A stretch of DNA of 64,000 bases from Pseudomonadota bacterium (GCA_021781965.1 JAJXVU010000001.1:15000-78999), one strand, 5' to 3'; positions 27,759 to 39,085 are shown, counted from the first letter of the stretch. Translations and numbers: made by a program. The notes: generated by a model from the sequence alone, not told the origin.

Positions 27759-28709
27759 ATGTTATACAATAATATTTTAGAAACTATAGGGCGTACACCC
27801 AGTGTGCGTTTGAATCGCATAGGTTCAGATTTAAACTGTGAATTATATGGCAAATGCGAATTTTTTAATCCGGGTGGTTCGGTCAAAGATCGCATAGGCT
27901 ATTACATGGTAGAAGAAGCGGAAAAAGCAGGGCGTATTAAACCCGGTGACACTTTGATTGAACCCACCTCGGGCAATACCGGCATAGGGATAGCTTTAGC
28001 GGGCGCGGTTAAAGGTTATAATATTGTCATCACCATGCCCGAAAAGATGAGCCGCGAAAAACAAGTGACGTTAGAAGCTTTAGGCGCAAAGATCTATAGA
28101 ACACCTACAGAAGCGGCTTGGGATGCACCGGATAGCCATATTTCTTTGGCTAAACGGTTGCAGAAAGAAATTCCCAATGCACATATACTCGATCAATATG
28201 CGAATCCCGCAAATCCAGGCACACATGAACAATTCACCGCCCAGGAAATCATCGACGATTTTGGTGATAACTTGGCAATGGTCGTCATGGGAGTCGGCAC
28301 GGGCGGCACGGTGACTGGCGTGGCGCGACGGTTAAAAAAACAGTATCCACATATCAAGATTGTAGGCGTTGATCCCTATGGCTCTATACTAGGCGGTGGT
28401 ACCGAAGTTAAATCCTATTTAGTAGAAGGCATAGGTTATGATTTTTTTCCCGATGTGCTGGATAATGATTTAATTGATGAATATGTTAAAATCAACGATA
28501 AAGATTCCTTCTTGATGGCGCGACGTTTGATCCGCGAAGAAGGCATCTTGGCAGGGGGTTCTTCGGGTGGGGCATTGTGGGCGGCATTGCAAGTAGCGCC
28601 TAGCTTGCCTAAAGGGAGCCGTTGTTTAGTGCTATTCCCCGATGGTATCCGTAATTATATGACTAAATTTGTAGACGACGCGTGGATGCGTCAGCAAAAC
28701 TTTATATAG
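27759..28709 (+). CDS. PLP-dependent cystathionine beta-synthase / cysteine synthase family enzyme
   Basis: NPGGSVKDR, EPTSGNTG, GVGTGGT, VEGIGYDF. Confidence 0.9.
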   Translation: MLYNNILETIGRTPSVRLNRIGSDLNCELYGKCEFFNPGGSVKDRIGYYMVEEAEKAGRIKPGDTLIEPTSGNTGIGIALAGAVKGYNIVITMPEKMSREKQVTLEALGAKIYRTPTEAAWDAPDSHISLAKRLQKEIPNAHILDQYANPANPGTHEQFTAQEIIDDFGDNLAMVVMGVGTGGTVTGVARRLKKQYPHIKIVGVDPYGSILGGGTEVKSYLVEGIGYDFFPDVLDNDLIDEYVKINDKDSFLMARRLIREEGILAGGSSGGALWAALQVAPSLPKGSRCLVLFPDGIRNYMTKFVDDAWMRQQNFI

Positions 28710-28734
28710 CTCGAGGGTAACTACTTGCGATTTT

Positions 28735-28796
28735 CCGAGCCGCGATTGTCAGAGAGCGGATAAAAAAGGAACCGAGCCGCGACCGTTAGGGAGCGG
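28735..28796 (+). repeat. Two direct REP-like units
   Basis: 28735-28759 and 28772-28796. Confidence 0.85.
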
Positions 28797-28861
28797 ATGG
28801 GGAGAGCGGTTACGCCCGAGGACGGTTTTAAATAATTTACAAAAATGACTGAGTAAAAGAT

Positions 28862-29329
28862 ATGTTAAAAGAAAGCGATGTAATCATACGGCCAATGATC
28901 CCCGAAGACATACCTGCCGTGATGCGTATAGAAAACAGCACCAACCCTACGCCATGGTCTGAAAAGATCATGCACGATTGTATCAATGTAGGTTTTAAAT
29001 GTTGGAGCCTGCTGGTCAATGGCGAGGTGATGGGGTATGCCATTTATGTTTTGTCTTTACACCAATGCCATTTATTAAATTTTCGGCTAGATACCGCTTT
29101 ACATGGGCAAGGCTATGGCAGTTTCTTTTTGCAACATTGTCTAGATGAAACCTTAAAAGAAGGCGTGGCGTGGATGGTGTTGGAAGTGCGGCCTAACAAT
29201 CTAGCAGGGCAGGCTTTGTATAAAAAATTTGGGTTCACGCAAATCAGTATCAAAGATAAATATTACGACGATGGCGGCGGTGTGTTTGAAGATGCGCTGG
29301 TCTATGGTTTGTGGATCAAGAAGAAATGA
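28862..29329 (+). CDS. rimI: Ribosomal protein S18 alanine N-acetyltransferase
   Basis: [25 protein letters not shown]; adjacent to prfC. Confidence 0.88.
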   Translation: MLKESDVIIRPMIPEDIPAVMRIENSTNPTPWSEKIMHDCINVGFKCWSLLVNGEVMGYAIYVLSLHQCHLLNFRLDTALHGQGYGSFFLQHCLDETLKEGVAWMVLEVRPNNLAGQALYKKFGFTQISIKDKYYDDGGGVFEDALVYGLWIKKK

Positions 29330-30909
29330 CATTACAAGACCAAGTCAAAAAGCGTAAAACCTTTGCCATTATTTCTCACCCGGATGCGGGTAAAACTACT
29401 TTAACCGAAAAGCTATTGCTGTTCGGGGGTGCAATTCAATTAGCGGGTACCGTTAAAGGCCGCAAATCAGCGCGCCACGCCACTTCCGACTGGATGAAGC
29501 TGGAGCAAGAGCGCGGTATTTCTGTGACCTCTTCGGTGATGCAATTTCCGTATAAAGAAGCCATCATTAATCTGTTGGATACACCGGGACATGAAGATTT
29601 CTCCGAAGATACCTATCGTACTTTAACTGCTGTGGATTCAGCTTTTATGGTCATAGATGGCGCGAAGGGTGTGGAAGAGCGTACTGTTAAATTATTAGAG
29701 ATTTGTAGGTTGCGACAAACGCCTATTTTTACCTTTATCAACAAACTCGATAGAGAATGTTTAGAGCCCATTGCTTTATTAGATGAAATAGAGCAAACCT
29801 TGCAAATCGAATGTGCACCCATCACTTGGCCTATAGGCATGGGCCGTGCTTTTCGGGGCATTTATCATTTATTAGAAGACAAAATTTATTTATACCAAAG
29901 CACTAAGGGCGATCGCATTCAGGAAATGGCCATCGTTGATGGCTTAGATAATGCTTTATTAGACGAAGTCATAGGCGAGCAAGATGCCGCACGTTTTAGG
30001 GAAGAAATGGACTTGGTGCAAGGTGCAAGCCATGCCTTTAACAAAGAAGCGTATTTAAGCGGCAAGCAAACGCCGGTATTTTTCGGCTCGGGGATCAACA
30101 ACTTTGGTATACAGCAGTTATTAGATGCTTTTGTGGAATGGGCACCGCCACCACAATGGCGTGAAACAACGACGCGCTTAGTAGCCGCCGATGAAGAAAA
30201 TTTTTCAGGCTTTGTGTTTAAGATCCAAGCCAATATGGATCCACAACATCGCGATCGCATCGCTTTCTTACGCATTTGTTCGGGGCAATATGAAAACGGC
30301 ATGAAGGTCTATCAAGCACGTACGCAAAAAATGTTACCTTTGCGCAATGCTTTAACCTTTATGGCGGGCGAGCGTAGCCAGGCCGATAGCGCGTATGCAG
30401 GCGATATCATCGGCATTTATAATCACGGTACCATTCAAATAGGCGATACCTTTACCAGCGGCGAAGCATTACAATTTACGGGCATTCCGTATTTCGCCCC
30501 AGAATTGTTTAAGCGCGTACGTTTGCGCGACCCTTTGAAGATGAAAGCCTTGCAAAAAGGTTTATTGCAATTGTCGGAAGAAGGTGCAACTCAAGTGTTT
30601 AGGCCTTTACATACCAATGATTTAATCTTAGGCGCGGTCGGTATTTTGCAATTTGATGTAGTGGCGTATAGATTGCAGCACGAATACAATGTGGATTGCA
30701 GCTACGAACCCATTACCGTGTATACCGCACGCTGGGTGCATTGTGACGATGATAAGATCTTACAACAGTTCAAAGAAAAAGCGCATATGAATTTAGCGCT
30801 AGACGGTGCGGATAACTTAACCTATCTAGCTCCTTCTTCAGTAAACCTATCCTTAACCATAGAGCGCTGGCCCCAGATCCAATTTGCTGCGACTAGGGAA
30901 CATTTGTAA
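29326..30909 (+). CDS. prfC: Peptide chain release factor 3
   Basis: [22 protein letters not shown]; start ATG 29326 overlapping the rimI stop. Confidence 0.97.
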   Translation: MTLQDQVKKRKTFAIISHPDAGKTTLTEKLLLFGGAIQLAGTVKGRKSARHATSDWMKLEQERGISVTSSVMQFPYKEAIINLLDTPGHEDFSEDTYRTLTAVDSAFMVIDGAKGVEERTVKLLEICRLRQTPIFTFINKLDRECLEPIALLDEIEQTLQIECAPITWPIGMGRAFRGIYHLLEDKIYLYQSTKGDRIQEMAIVDGLDNALLDEVIGEQDAARFREEMDLVQGASHAFNKEAYLSGKQTPVFFGSGINNFGIQQLLDAFVEWAPPPQWRETTTRLVAADEENFSGFVFKIQANMDPQHRDRIAFLRICSGQYENGMKVYQARTQKMLPLRNALTFMAGERSQADSAYAGDIIGIYNHGTIQIGDTFTSGEALQFTGIPYFAPELFKRVRLRDPLKMKALQKGLLQLSEEGATQVFRPLHTNDLILGAVGILQFDVVAYRLQHEYNVDCSYEPITVYTARWVHCDDDKILQQFKEKAHMNLALDGADNLTYLAPSSVNLSLTIERWPQIQFAATREHL

Positions 30910-30964
30910 GTTATTGTGCCAGATTTTATTAGATCAATATCCCGGTGGTCGGAAAATTCGTTTA

Positions 30965-31032
30965 TTCCGAGCGTCGATAGTATTCCGAGTCACAACATTT
31001 TCCGAGCCGCGACCGTGAGGGAGAGAGTAGTT
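30965..31032 (+). repeat. Degenerate REP-like cluster
   Basis: TTCCGAG repeated three times; CCGAGCCGCGACCGTGAGGGAG at 31002. Confidence 0.7.
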
Positions 31033-31046
31033 ACAAAGCTGTCTAC

Positions 31047-31802
31047 CTATTTCTGCGGCGTAGTCGGTAGAGCCGCTTGATAAGCCTTCAGCATTTCCAT
31101 TGGGATTGGAAATACAATCATAGTACTATTGGTTTGGCCTATATCCGATAAAGTTTGCAGATAACGCAATTGTATGGCTTGAGGTTGTGCCGCCAATACT
31201 TCCGCCGCTTTGGTTAATTGTGTCGAGGCCTGAAATTCGCCTTCAGCATGAATGACCTTGGCGCGACGTTCGCGTTCAGCTTCTGCTTGTTTGGCAATGG
31301 CGCGGATCATGCTTTCATCTAAGTCCACGTGTTTGATTTCTACATTTGCTACCTTAATGCCCCAAGCATTGGCTTGTCCATCCAATATTTTTTGCACATC
31401 GGCATTTAATCTTTCGCGCTCTGACAGCATTTCATCTAATTCGTGTTGCCCTAAAACGGAGCGTAGGGTAGTTTGTGCTAATTGGCTGATGGCTTCATAA
31501 TAATTTTCTACTTGAATGAGGGCTCTGTCGGGTTCCACTACGCGAAAATAAACCACTGCGTTGACTTTGACCGACACATTATCGCGGGAAATGACGTCTT
31601 GACTGGGTACATCCATGACGACGGTGCGTAGACCTATTTTTACCATGCGTTGTATACCGGGAATGAGGATAATAAGCCCAGGACCTTTGACCTTCCAAAA
31701 ACGACCCAGCATAAAGATAACGCCGCGTTCATATTCCATTAGTATATTGAACATGGAAAATAGCAGTATGGCCACAACGGCAATTATGATCCCGTAAAAC
31801 AT
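31047..31802 (-). CDS. Slipin/stomatin-like SPFH domain protein
   Basis: [32 protein letters not shown]. Confidence 0.92.
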   Translation of the reverse strand: MFYGIIIAVVAILLFSMFNILMEYERGVIFMLGRFWKVKGPGLIILIPGIQRMVKIGLRTVVMDVPSQDVISRDNVSVKVNAVVYFRVVEPDRALIQVENYYEAISQLAQTTLRSVLGQHELDEMLSERERLNADVQKILDGQANAWGIKVANVEIKHVDLDESMIRAIAKQAEAERERRAKVIHAEGEFQASTQLTKAAEVLAAQPQAIQLRYLQTLSDIGQTNSTMIVFPIPMEMLKAYQAALPTTPQK

Positions 31803-31982
31803 AGTATATCCTCCTCGTTGAAACTGAATGGGCCTGCCATTATGATGGGCAGTGATAGAGTGAGTATATACCCATTGTACCTAAAAATGCGAATAAACAG
31901 GTAGACACAGGCCCTATTCTTTTTCGTATCTTTTAGGCATAATAGGCCATAACAAATCTAGAGTACCCCATCAGGAGATCTT

Positions 31983-32666
31983 ATGAAAAAAGCCGTTGTT
32001 TTATTATCCGGGGGACTGGATTCCACCACTTGTTTGGCTTTAGCTAAAAAGCAAGGCTATGCGTGTTATGCCTTAAGCTTTTCTTATGGGCAAAAACACA
32101 ATGCGGAACTATTAGCTGCACAAAATATTGCGCGCCATTTTGGTGTGGTGAAACATGAGATTGTTGATTTAAACTTGAGAGGATTGGATGGCGGCGGTTC
32201 TGCCTTGACTGATCCACAAATAACGATTCCTGAATATTGTGAAGAAAGTATTATTCCGGTTACTTATGTGCCTGCCAGAAATACCATTTTTCTATCTATA
32301 GCATTAGGCTGGGCTGAGATATTGCAAGCGCAAAAGATTTTTATAGGCATCAGCGCTGTGGATTATTCCGGTTATCCTGATTGTAGGCCTGAATATTTAG
32401 AAGCTTTTCAAACAATGGCAACTTTGGCCACTAAAACAGGTGTGGAAGCGAAACCCATTCACATTGAAGCGCCGTTGATTCATTTGAGTAAAGCCGAGAC
32501 TTTAAATTTAGGTTTATCATTGGGTGTGGATTATAGCCTGACGGTTACTTGTTATAAGGCTAGTGATGATGGTTTAGCTTGTGGTCATTGCGCCAGTTGT
32601 GAATTGAGAAAACGCGGTTTTGCAGAAGCGGCGGTAGCAGATCCTACGCGGTATGTTTTATCGTAA
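31983..32666 (+). CDS. queC: 7-cyano-7-deazaguanine synthase
   Basis: [27 protein letters not shown]. Confidence 0.96.
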   Translation: MKKAVVLLSGGLDSTTCLALAKKQGYACYALSFSYGQKHNAELLAAQNIARHFGVVKHEIVDLNLRGLDGGGSALTDPQITIPEYCEESIIPVTYVPARNTIFLSIALGWAEILQAQKIFIGISAVDYSGYPDCRPEYLEAFQTMATLATKTGVEAKPIHIEAPLIHLSKAETLNLGLSLGVDYSLTVTCYKASDDGLACGHCASCELRKRGFAEAAVADPTRYVLS

Positions 32667-32685
32667 GCAATCCAGGAAATCTTAA

Positions 32686-32921
32686 CCCGCGCCCTTTCGG
32701 TCGCAGCGCGGGATATCCGTTTATACTGAGCGTCGATGGTATTCCGAGCCGCGCGCGTAAGCAAGCGGAAAATATTCAGATAGCAGTTTTTTGAGGTATC
32801 GCGGGCTGTGAAATATTATCTGACAGTCGTAGTTTGGAATTCATCGCGAGTCAAAATACAGTTGCGGGTCTAGAACATCCGCTCTCTGAATACTTTCCTC
32901 TCCCTGACGGTCGCGGCTCGG
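32686..32921. repeat. Composite REP-like (BIME-like) region
   Basis: Variant CCGAGCCGCGCGCGTAAGCAAGCGG (32744-32768) and inverted unit 32897-32921; about 90 bp shared with 39146-39240. Confidence 0.8.
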
Positions 32922-32947
32922 TTTAAATGGGTAAAATTTTTAACAAC

Positions 32948-33223
32948 TCACAACACAAAAACAATTTCTTTGCGTGCGGTTAAATCACGATAAAGCGCAT
33001 CCAGTTGTTCTTGGCTTTGTGCCATAAAGCTAACTGAAAAAGAAACATACTTGCCTTGACTGCTGTTTTTCACCGCAACATCCGCTGCGGTTATTGATGG
33101 CACATGGGGTTTGATTATGACTAATAATGCTTCTAGCGTAAGATCAGCCGCTATGGCCGTAATTTTCAGCACATAGCGGCAGGGAAATGTGAGCAGTGTT
33201 GTTTCATCTGCAGAGTTGGTCAT
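32948..33223 (-). CDS. ybeD: YbeD/DUF493 family protein
   Basis: LTFPC, SSQGKYVS, QLDALYRDL; downstream of dacA. Confidence 0.85.
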   Translation of the reverse strand: MTNSADETTLLTFPCRYVLKITAIAADLTLEALLVIIKPHVPSITAADVAVKNSSQGKYVSFSVSFMAQSQEQLDALYRDLTARKEIVFVL

Positions 33224-33225
33224 GG

Positions 33226-34494
33226 TTAAATTTCTTGTTCCTTCTTCGACCACCAACCGTGTACGGTAGCACCAACGCTATCAACCATACGCGTCCACCA
33301 GCTCCCTAAAGGATCGGCTTTTAATGCGACCAAAGGATATTCAGCCAGTGTGTTGTTGTCGAGTAAAACAGAAACCTTACCCAATACTTGTCCTTTTTGT
33401 ACAGGCGCATTTACTTTACTAGGTAACATGGTTTGTGTGCTGATCTTATCAATGCGGCCAGCAGGGATCGTTAAATAGGTATCTGCGCTCAGGCCTACAT
33501 CCACTATTTTATCGATGCCTTTCCACACACGTACTTGACCTAGTACTTGATTAGCGTTGTAGAGTTTTTTCGTTTCATAAAACCGTGCGGCATATGTTAA
33601 CAAAGCTTGACTGTCTTCAGCGCGTGCATTATCAGAAGGCGCGCCAAATACGGCAGCGATAAAGCGAGTATCGCCTTGTTTAGCAGAACTCACTAAACAA
33701 TAGCCTGCTTCATTGGTATGGCCTGTTTTCAAACCATCGGTATTAGGATAACGCCACAACAAACGATTACGATTTTGTTGAGTAATGCCTGCATAAGTAA
33801 ATTCTTTTTGTGAAAAGCCTTTGTAATATTCAGGAAATTGCATAATGATCGCGCGTGCTAAAATAGCCATATCGTGTGCCGATGAATAATGGTTTGGATC
33901 CGGTAAGCCATTGCAATCAGTAAAATGAGAATTGTTCATGCCCAAACGCGCTGCTTGTTGGTTCATAAGATTGGTGAAAGCATCTTCGCTGCCGCCGATA
34001 AATTCTGCCATGGCCACACAAGCATCATTCCCAGAATCAACGATGATGCCCTGTATCAACTCGCGCACGGTAACGGTATCACTGGGTTTGATAAACATAC
34101 GTGAACCCCCAGTCTGCCATGCTTTATTGCTGACAGGAACTTTATCATCTAAATGGATTTGTCCGTTGGCCAAAGCGTTAAAAGTGATGTATAGAGTCAT
34201 TAATTTCGTCAAGCTAGCGGGGGGCAGTTTTACATCAGCATCATTGGCGCCTAGAATTTTACCGCTGCTGGCATCAAGGATGATATACGCTTTTGCATCT
34301 ATAGTCGGTGCAGGAGGAATGATAAGAGGTGCTTGTGGGTGGCCATTATTAGGGCCTATAGGCAGGTTTACGGCATTAACCGTATTATCGGTATTGGCCG
34401 CAGTACTATCGTCTGCAAAGCTGGCTATAGGCAGCAATAAAGCCGCGGCGAAGGCAATGGAGTTTAGTTTAAAATATGAGCAAATTGTCATCAT
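33226..34494 (-). CDS. dacA: D-alanyl-D-alanine carboxypeptidase (PBP5/6)
   Basis: PASLTK (SxxK), SGN, KTG motifs. Confidence 0.92.
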   Translation of the reverse strand: MMTICSYFKLNSIAFAAALLLPIASFADDSTAANTDNTVNAVNLPIGPNNGHPQAPLIIPPAPTIDAKAYIILDASSGKILGANDADVKLPPASLTKLMTLYITFNALANGQIHLDDKVPVSNKAWQTGGSRMFIKPSDTVTVRELIQGIIVDSGNDACVAMAEFIGGSEDAFTNLMNQQAARLGMNNSHFTDCNGLPDPNHYSSAHDMAILARAIIMQFPEYYKGFSQKEFTYAGITQQNRNRLLWRYPNTDGLKTGHTNEAGYCLVSSAKQGDTRFIAAVFGAPSDNARAEDSQALLTYAARFYETKKLYNANQVLGQVRVWKGIDKIVDVGLSADTYLTIPAGRIDKISTQTMLPSKVNAPVQKGQVLGKVSVLLDNNTLAEYPLVALKADPLGSWWTRMVDSVGATVHGWWSKKEQEI

Positions 34495-34939
34495 TTATCC
34501 TTAAAGTTTGAATGGGCTGTACGGAGCAAAATAATGCGTCCAATCTAACATATTCTGCAAACAGAGTAAAAGGGGCGCTGTAAAGTCAAGAACAGTATCC
34601 TTTTTAAACTATTTTTTAAAAAAGCTCTTTTTTGTGAAAGAGTAGCGGAATAAATGCTTGTAGCTTATCTTAGGATATGCTAATTTTGTGCTTTGGATTT
34701 ATCAGAGTGCTACGTAAGTGGCGCATTGACATACAATCCAGGAATGCTTCCAAAGGAAATAATTTTGTAGATTTTTTGATCTGTAGGTTTTTTTCTTGGT
34801 AGAAAATATCATGCTGTGCGTAAGGGGTTACCCTTGGAATCTAGATCCTTAAAAATGCGTATAAAATGTACGGGTTTTTGAAAAAGGGTGTGATGCTTTA
34901 TGCTCAGTGGTTTAGTCAACATCGATGGAGATTTAAGTA

Positions 34940-35287
34940 ATGAAAAAACTAGGCTTAGGTGTGTTAGCCTTGGTAGTGGGTCTTGGATTAGCAGCTTGTG
35001 GCGGCAGCGGTAGCAGTGGCACCGATGGACAAAACAGCACCGATCCAAACGCAACGCAAACGGATCAATCAACGCAAGCTGATCAATCCACGGGTTCTGA
35101 TGCTTCAAACAGCGATACGACTGCAGCTGCAGCCGCACCTGCTGCTCCAGCACCTGCTGCTCCTTCTGCTGATCAAAGCACAACCGATAACAGTGGTGCT
35201 GATAACAGCAACATGAACGGTAGTGACAACAGCGGCATGAGCAATGATGACAACAGTAACAATAACAGCGACAATTCTGCTGAATAG
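34940..35287 (+). CDS. Low-complexity disordered lipoprotein
   Basis: GGAG SD; lipobox LAAC; Ser/Asp/Asn/Thr/Ala-rich; own terminator. Confidence 0.8.
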   Translation: MKKLGLGVLALVVGLGLAACGGSGSSGTDGQNSTDPNATQTDQSTQADQSTGSDASNSDTTAAAAAPAAPAPAAPSADQSTTDNSGADNSNMNGSDNSGMSNDDNSNNNSDNSAE

Positions 35288-35304
35288 TACTGGTTACGTC
35301 TGGG

Positions 35305-35341
35305 CGCCCTAGTTTACATTATGCAAACTAGGGCGTTTTTT
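35305..35341 (+). terminator. Rho-independent terminator
   Basis: CGCCCTAGTTT...AAACTAGGGCG followed by a T-run. Confidence 0.85.
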
Positions 35342-35361
35342 ATTGGAATAACGGCTAAAAA

Positions 35362-35538
35362 ATGGAAAAGCACGAATTACCTTTTGAAGATAAATATTCT
35401 TACGAAAACTCAAAAAACTATTACATCAAACATCAATCCACTAAAAGACATTTTACAACTTGGCTCGAGGGTCTTTTGTCATTCTCGCTAGGGACTTTCC
35501 GCGCCCTTTCGGTCGCGGAAAGAGAGAATATACTCTAA
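35362..35538 (+). pseudogene. Possible truncated gene remnant running into a repeat
   Basis: 58-codon ORF; 3' part reads through the REP variant at 35497-35520. Confidence 0.3.
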
Positions 35539-35586
35539 TCTATCCAACTAGAAGGCGCGAGTAGTTACTAAACAAGATAGGCATAT

Positions 35587-36204
35587 ATGACGCAATTTTT
35601 TATTTTACACCCAGATAACCCACAAGATCGCTTATTAAAGCAAGCTGTAGCGATGATCCACGAGGGTGCCGTCATCGCTTTGCCTACCGACGCCAGTTAT
35701 GTATTGGCATGCCATTTAGGCGATAAGGCGGCGTTGGATCGCATACGCGCTATACGCCGTTTAGACCCTAGCCATTTAATGACTCTATTGTGTAAAGACT
35801 TATCTTCCGTTGGCAGTTACGCCAAAATTGAAAACAGCACTTTTCGTTTATTAAAAAAACTAACTCCAGGCCCTTTTACCTTTATTTTAACTGCTAGCCG
35901 CGAAGTACCCAATCGCTTATTGCACCCTAAACGTAAAACCATAGGTTTGCGTATTCCGGATTCTGCTATCTGTCAGCATTTATTGTCTTTGTTGGCAGAA
36001 CCTTTATTGGCAACAACTTTAACTTTACCTGGAGAAGATTTGCCGTTGACGGATGCAGAAGATATGCGAGAAAAATTGCAACATCATGTAGATTTGATCA
36101 TAGACGGCGGCCCGGGTTCATTAACGGCAACCACAGTGATCGATGCAACCCAGTCTACGCCAGTTTTAGTGCGTCAGGGGTTGGGGGATCCAGGATCTTT
36201 GTGA
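35587..36204 (+). CDS. yciO: Sua5/YciO/YrdC family protein
   Basis: HPDNPQ, PTDASY, PGPFTFIL, KRKTIGLRIP. Confidence 0.88.
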   Translation: MTQFFILHPDNPQDRLLKQAVAMIHEGAVIALPTDASYVLACHLGDKAALDRIRAIRRLDPSHLMTLLCKDLSSVGSYAKIENSTFRLLKKLTPGPFTFILTASREVPNRLLHPKRKTIGLRIPDSAICQHLLSLLAEPLLATTLTLPGEDLPLTDAEDMREKLQHHVDLIIDGGPGSLTATTVIDATQSTPVLVRQGLGDPGSL

Positions 36205-36210
36205 GTCGTT

Positions 36211-36933
36211 TCAATAACACCGCGCCATTAACATTTCTGCTGTCAAATTCTCTTTATCATTGCGTTCAATACAATCATGCACGCATCCTTCTTTGAGCGC
36301 TAAAATACGATCGCCATATGTTAAGGCATGGCTCACATTATGTGTTGTTAATAAGGCTGTAATATGACGCTCGTGAATGATGCGTGCTGTTAATGCCATT
36401 AAATGTTCGGCGGTTTTAGGATCTAAGGCGCTGGTATGTTCGTCCAATAATAAAATTTCCGGAGGATACAACACTGCTAGAGCCAAAGCTAGGGCCTGTT
36501 GTTCCCCACCGGATAAACGTGCTACCAACACATCGAGCTTAGCGGCTAACTTAACGTTAAAGGCTTGTAGATAATCGGCCAAAGAATCTATTGCATCGGC
36601 CTTATTTCTTTTTTGTATGAGTTGATAATTTTCAAAAATGGTTAAGTCTAAAAAAAGATTGTCTTGTGCGCTCTGTGTTAAGGTATGTATACAATGTGCG
36701 CGTGTTCGTGAGGATAAAGACAGAATGTTTTTATCTTTTAAGAGGACCTTCCCATCATTGGTTCTATAACGGCCATCTAATAATTTTAACAAAGAGCTCT
36801 TTCCTGAACCATTAGCACCCAACACCACCACACAATCGCCTTTTTGCACCGTATAATTAATGTCATCCAGTATGGGACGTTCCAATGATGGGTGCTTTAA
36901 TGTGATATGTTCAAATTGCAACAATGGGGTCAT
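36211..36933 (-). CDS. ABC transporter ATP-binding protein (putative tryptophan importer)
   Basis: GANGSGKS, LSGGEQQ, LLLDEHTSALDP. Confidence 0.88.
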   Translation of the reverse strand: MTPLLQFEHITLKHPSLERPILDDINYTVQKGDCVVVLGANGSGKSSLLKLLDGRYRTNDGKVLLKDKNILSLSSRTRAHCIHTLTQSAQDNLFLDLTIFENYQLIQKRNKADAIDSLADYLQAFNVKLAAKLDVLVARLSGGEQQALALALAVLYPPEILLLDEHTSALDPKTAEHLMALTARIIHERHITALLTTHNVSHALTYGDRILALKEGCVHDCIERNDKENLTAEMLMARCY

Positions 36934-37802
36934 GAGAAACTCGCTTTTCGTGTGGCTGTACGTAAAAACAAGGCCAATAAAATGCCTAATAATAGTTTTA
37001 AATAAATAGGGTTAATATTAAAACGCAACAAACCATTTAAAATAAAGAAATACAGGGCAATGCCGATGAAACCCGCCAATAACTCGCTGCCTGCGCGTAA
37101 ATAATGTTTTTTAATGAAAGGTAAAATAATGTGCTGCCCTAAAACGATGGCACCTATGCCGATTAAGGTCATCCCTACGCCCATGCCTATGTCGGCATAA
37201 CCGATGATTTGTGCCGTGATGGCGCCGGAGGCCGCGGCCAATAGATTATTTAAACTAAAACCCGTGACACGCAAGTAGGTTACATTATAGCCCTGACGCG
37301 ATAACAACGCTGGGTTATCGCCAAAGGCACGTAAACACAAACCTAAGCGGCTTTGTAATAAAGTATAAAAAGCAACGACCAATAATCCTACCACCAAGGC
37401 CACACTGAACCAGCCTAGGGTTGTGCTATGCGCAAAAGCACCGCTGAATAAAGTGGGCGTGCTGAGTAAATTAATATTGGGGCGGCCCATAATCGCCATA
37501 TTCACACTGTATAAAATAAATGAAGTTAGAATACCGGCTAATAAGGGATCCACCTTGCCACCGTTTTGTAGAAAGGCGGTAAAAGCCCCTGCGACCGCGC
37601 CACAACTTAATGCCACTAAAAAAGCGATTATGGGTGATATTCCCATTGTGACCAATTGCGCAAAAACCCCTGCGCCTAAGACAAAGCTGCCATCGATAGT
37701 CATATCGGTGGCGCGCAATAAGGTATAACTTAAATTAATACCCAAGGCCAAGGGGATTAAAGTTAAGGATTGGGTCAACGTTGCCAGTAGTAACGAGATC
37801 AT
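36930..37802 (-). CDS. ABC transporter permease (putative tryptophan importer)
   Basis: DMTIDGSFVLG, LLAGIL, YADIGMGVG. Confidence 0.88.
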   Translation of the reverse strand: MISLLLATLTQSLTLIPLALGINLSYTLLRATDMTIDGSFVLGAGVFAQLVTMGISPIIAFLVALSCGAVAGAFTAFLQNGGKVDPLLAGILTSFILYSVNMAIMGRPNINLLSTPTLFSGAFAHSTTLGWFSVALVVGLLVVAFYTLLQSRLGLCLRAFGDNPALLSRQGYNVTYLRVTGFSLNNLLAAASGAITAQIIGYADIGMGVGMTLIGIGAIVLGQHIILPFIKKHYLRAGSELLAGFIGIALYFFILNGLLRFNINPIYLKLLLGILLALFLRTATRKASFS

Positions 37803-38791
37803 TTAAGATCCCCTACAGGTTTACTTGTCACATCGACAATGGCGTAGTGATCTTTAGCCGCTTCTTTTTCAATGGCAGCGAGATCTTGTCCTTGTGCGGT
37901 TAGAGCTTTGGTATTGATGAATACGGAGAGCTTCGTCATCTGCACTGTGGGGATCGTTGCTACGGGAGTGCCTTGTAAGATTTGCTCGGCTACTTTAGCG
38001 CCTTCTACACCGATTTGATATTCTTTCACACCCAACGCAAAGCCTGAACCATTTTGCACCGAGCCGTCATCGGCGCTGATCAAAGGAATATGTTTCTGGC
38101 TTGCGGTTTGTGATAGGGTAGCAATACCGCTGACCACCAATACATCTTTTAATACCAAAATACCTTGGGTTTGTGGCGATAAGGATTGCGCGATGCTGTA
38201 GAGATCGGGCAACGCTGTGATCATGCGCTTATCAACCTGTATGCCTAAGGTTTTTCCTGCGGCAACGGCTTCATCTACTTGTGGTGCCATTTTATCATTG
38301 TTGCTGTAGACCAAGGTCAATTGTGTTTTTGCGGGATAAATGGCGTGTATAAATTGAATGATTTGCGTAGGGGTAATTTCATCGTCTACCAAGGCTAATT
38401 GACTCTTTGCTCGAGTACTCTCCGGCAATAAAGCGGCGACTCCCACGATGGGGCGATCATGAATCATCGCCGCTGTCATTTCCGTGGTTTGTGTGGCGAT
38501 GGGCGCGTATAGATCTACGCCTTTATTTTGCAATTGTAAGATCATGGAACGTTGTAAATTCACATCGCCTTGAGCGCGCATGACTTGAAACTCTATGGGT
38601 TGTTTTAGATCTGCCGTCAGCGTTTCTTCAAAACCACGCGTGATTTCATCCATGGCGGGGTGTTCTATAGGAATGATGATACCAATTTTAATAGATTTGG
38701 GTTCGTCGTTGCTGGCAGTGGTATGCTTGTTGCCGCACGCTGTGAGTAATAATAGGCTAAATAAACCTAAGCAAGTGAATATGTATTTCAT
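37799..38791 (-). CDS. ABC transporter substrate-binding lipoprotein (TrpX-like)
   Basis: Lipobox LTAC; EHPAMD, AQGD motifs; directly downstream of trpR. Confidence 0.85.
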   Translation of the reverse strand: MKYIFTCLGLFSLLLLTACGNKHTTASNDEPKSIKIGIIIPIEHPAMDEITRGFEETLTADLKQPIEFQVMRAQGDVNLQRSMILQLQNKGVDLYAPIATQTTEMTAAMIHDRPIVGVAALLPESTRAKSQLALVDDEITPTQIIQFIHAIYPAKTQLTLVYSNNDKMAPQVDEAVAAGKTLGIQVDKRMITALPDLYSIAQSLSPQTQGILVLKDVLVVSGIATLSQTASQKHIPLISADDGSVQNGSGFALGVKEYQIGVEGAKVAEQILQGTPVATIPTVQMTKLSVFINTKALTAQGQDLAAIEKEAAKDHYAIVDVTSKPVGDLK

Positions 38792-38803
38792 GTTGTGTTT
38801 CCT

Positions 38804-39085
38804 CTATTTTTCCAACAATATCTTTAATGCCAGCCGTTGTTCCGTTGTTAAACGTTTCAACTCATTAGAGCCGCGGGTGATTTTAGCGATACTGACATTG
38901 AATTGTTGTGCTATTTCACGTTGCGTCAATTCTTCTGCCAATAGTGCTTTTACGATACATAAACGCGTGGCTATGCTTTGTCGCTCTTCGTGCGTTAAAA
39001 ATACGTCTAGAAATTGTGCCAAACGGGTCACATCCTGCTCTTTGGCACAAAATTCCACAAAATTCAACCAGTTATCGTCTGTCAT
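38804..39085 (-). CDS. trpR: Trp repressor
   Basis: FLTHEER, TQREIA..VSIAKITRGSNELK. Confidence 0.92.
   Translation of the reverse strand: MTDDNWLNFVEFCAKEQDVTRLAQFLDVFLTHEERQSIATRLCIVKALLAEELTQREIAQQFNVSIAKITRGSNELKRLTTEQRLALKILLEK

Noticed and set aside
34495-34939. Possible ncRNA or riboswitch in the long dacA-lipoprotein intergenic region
   Set aside because: No recognisable family motif or convincing structure by eye
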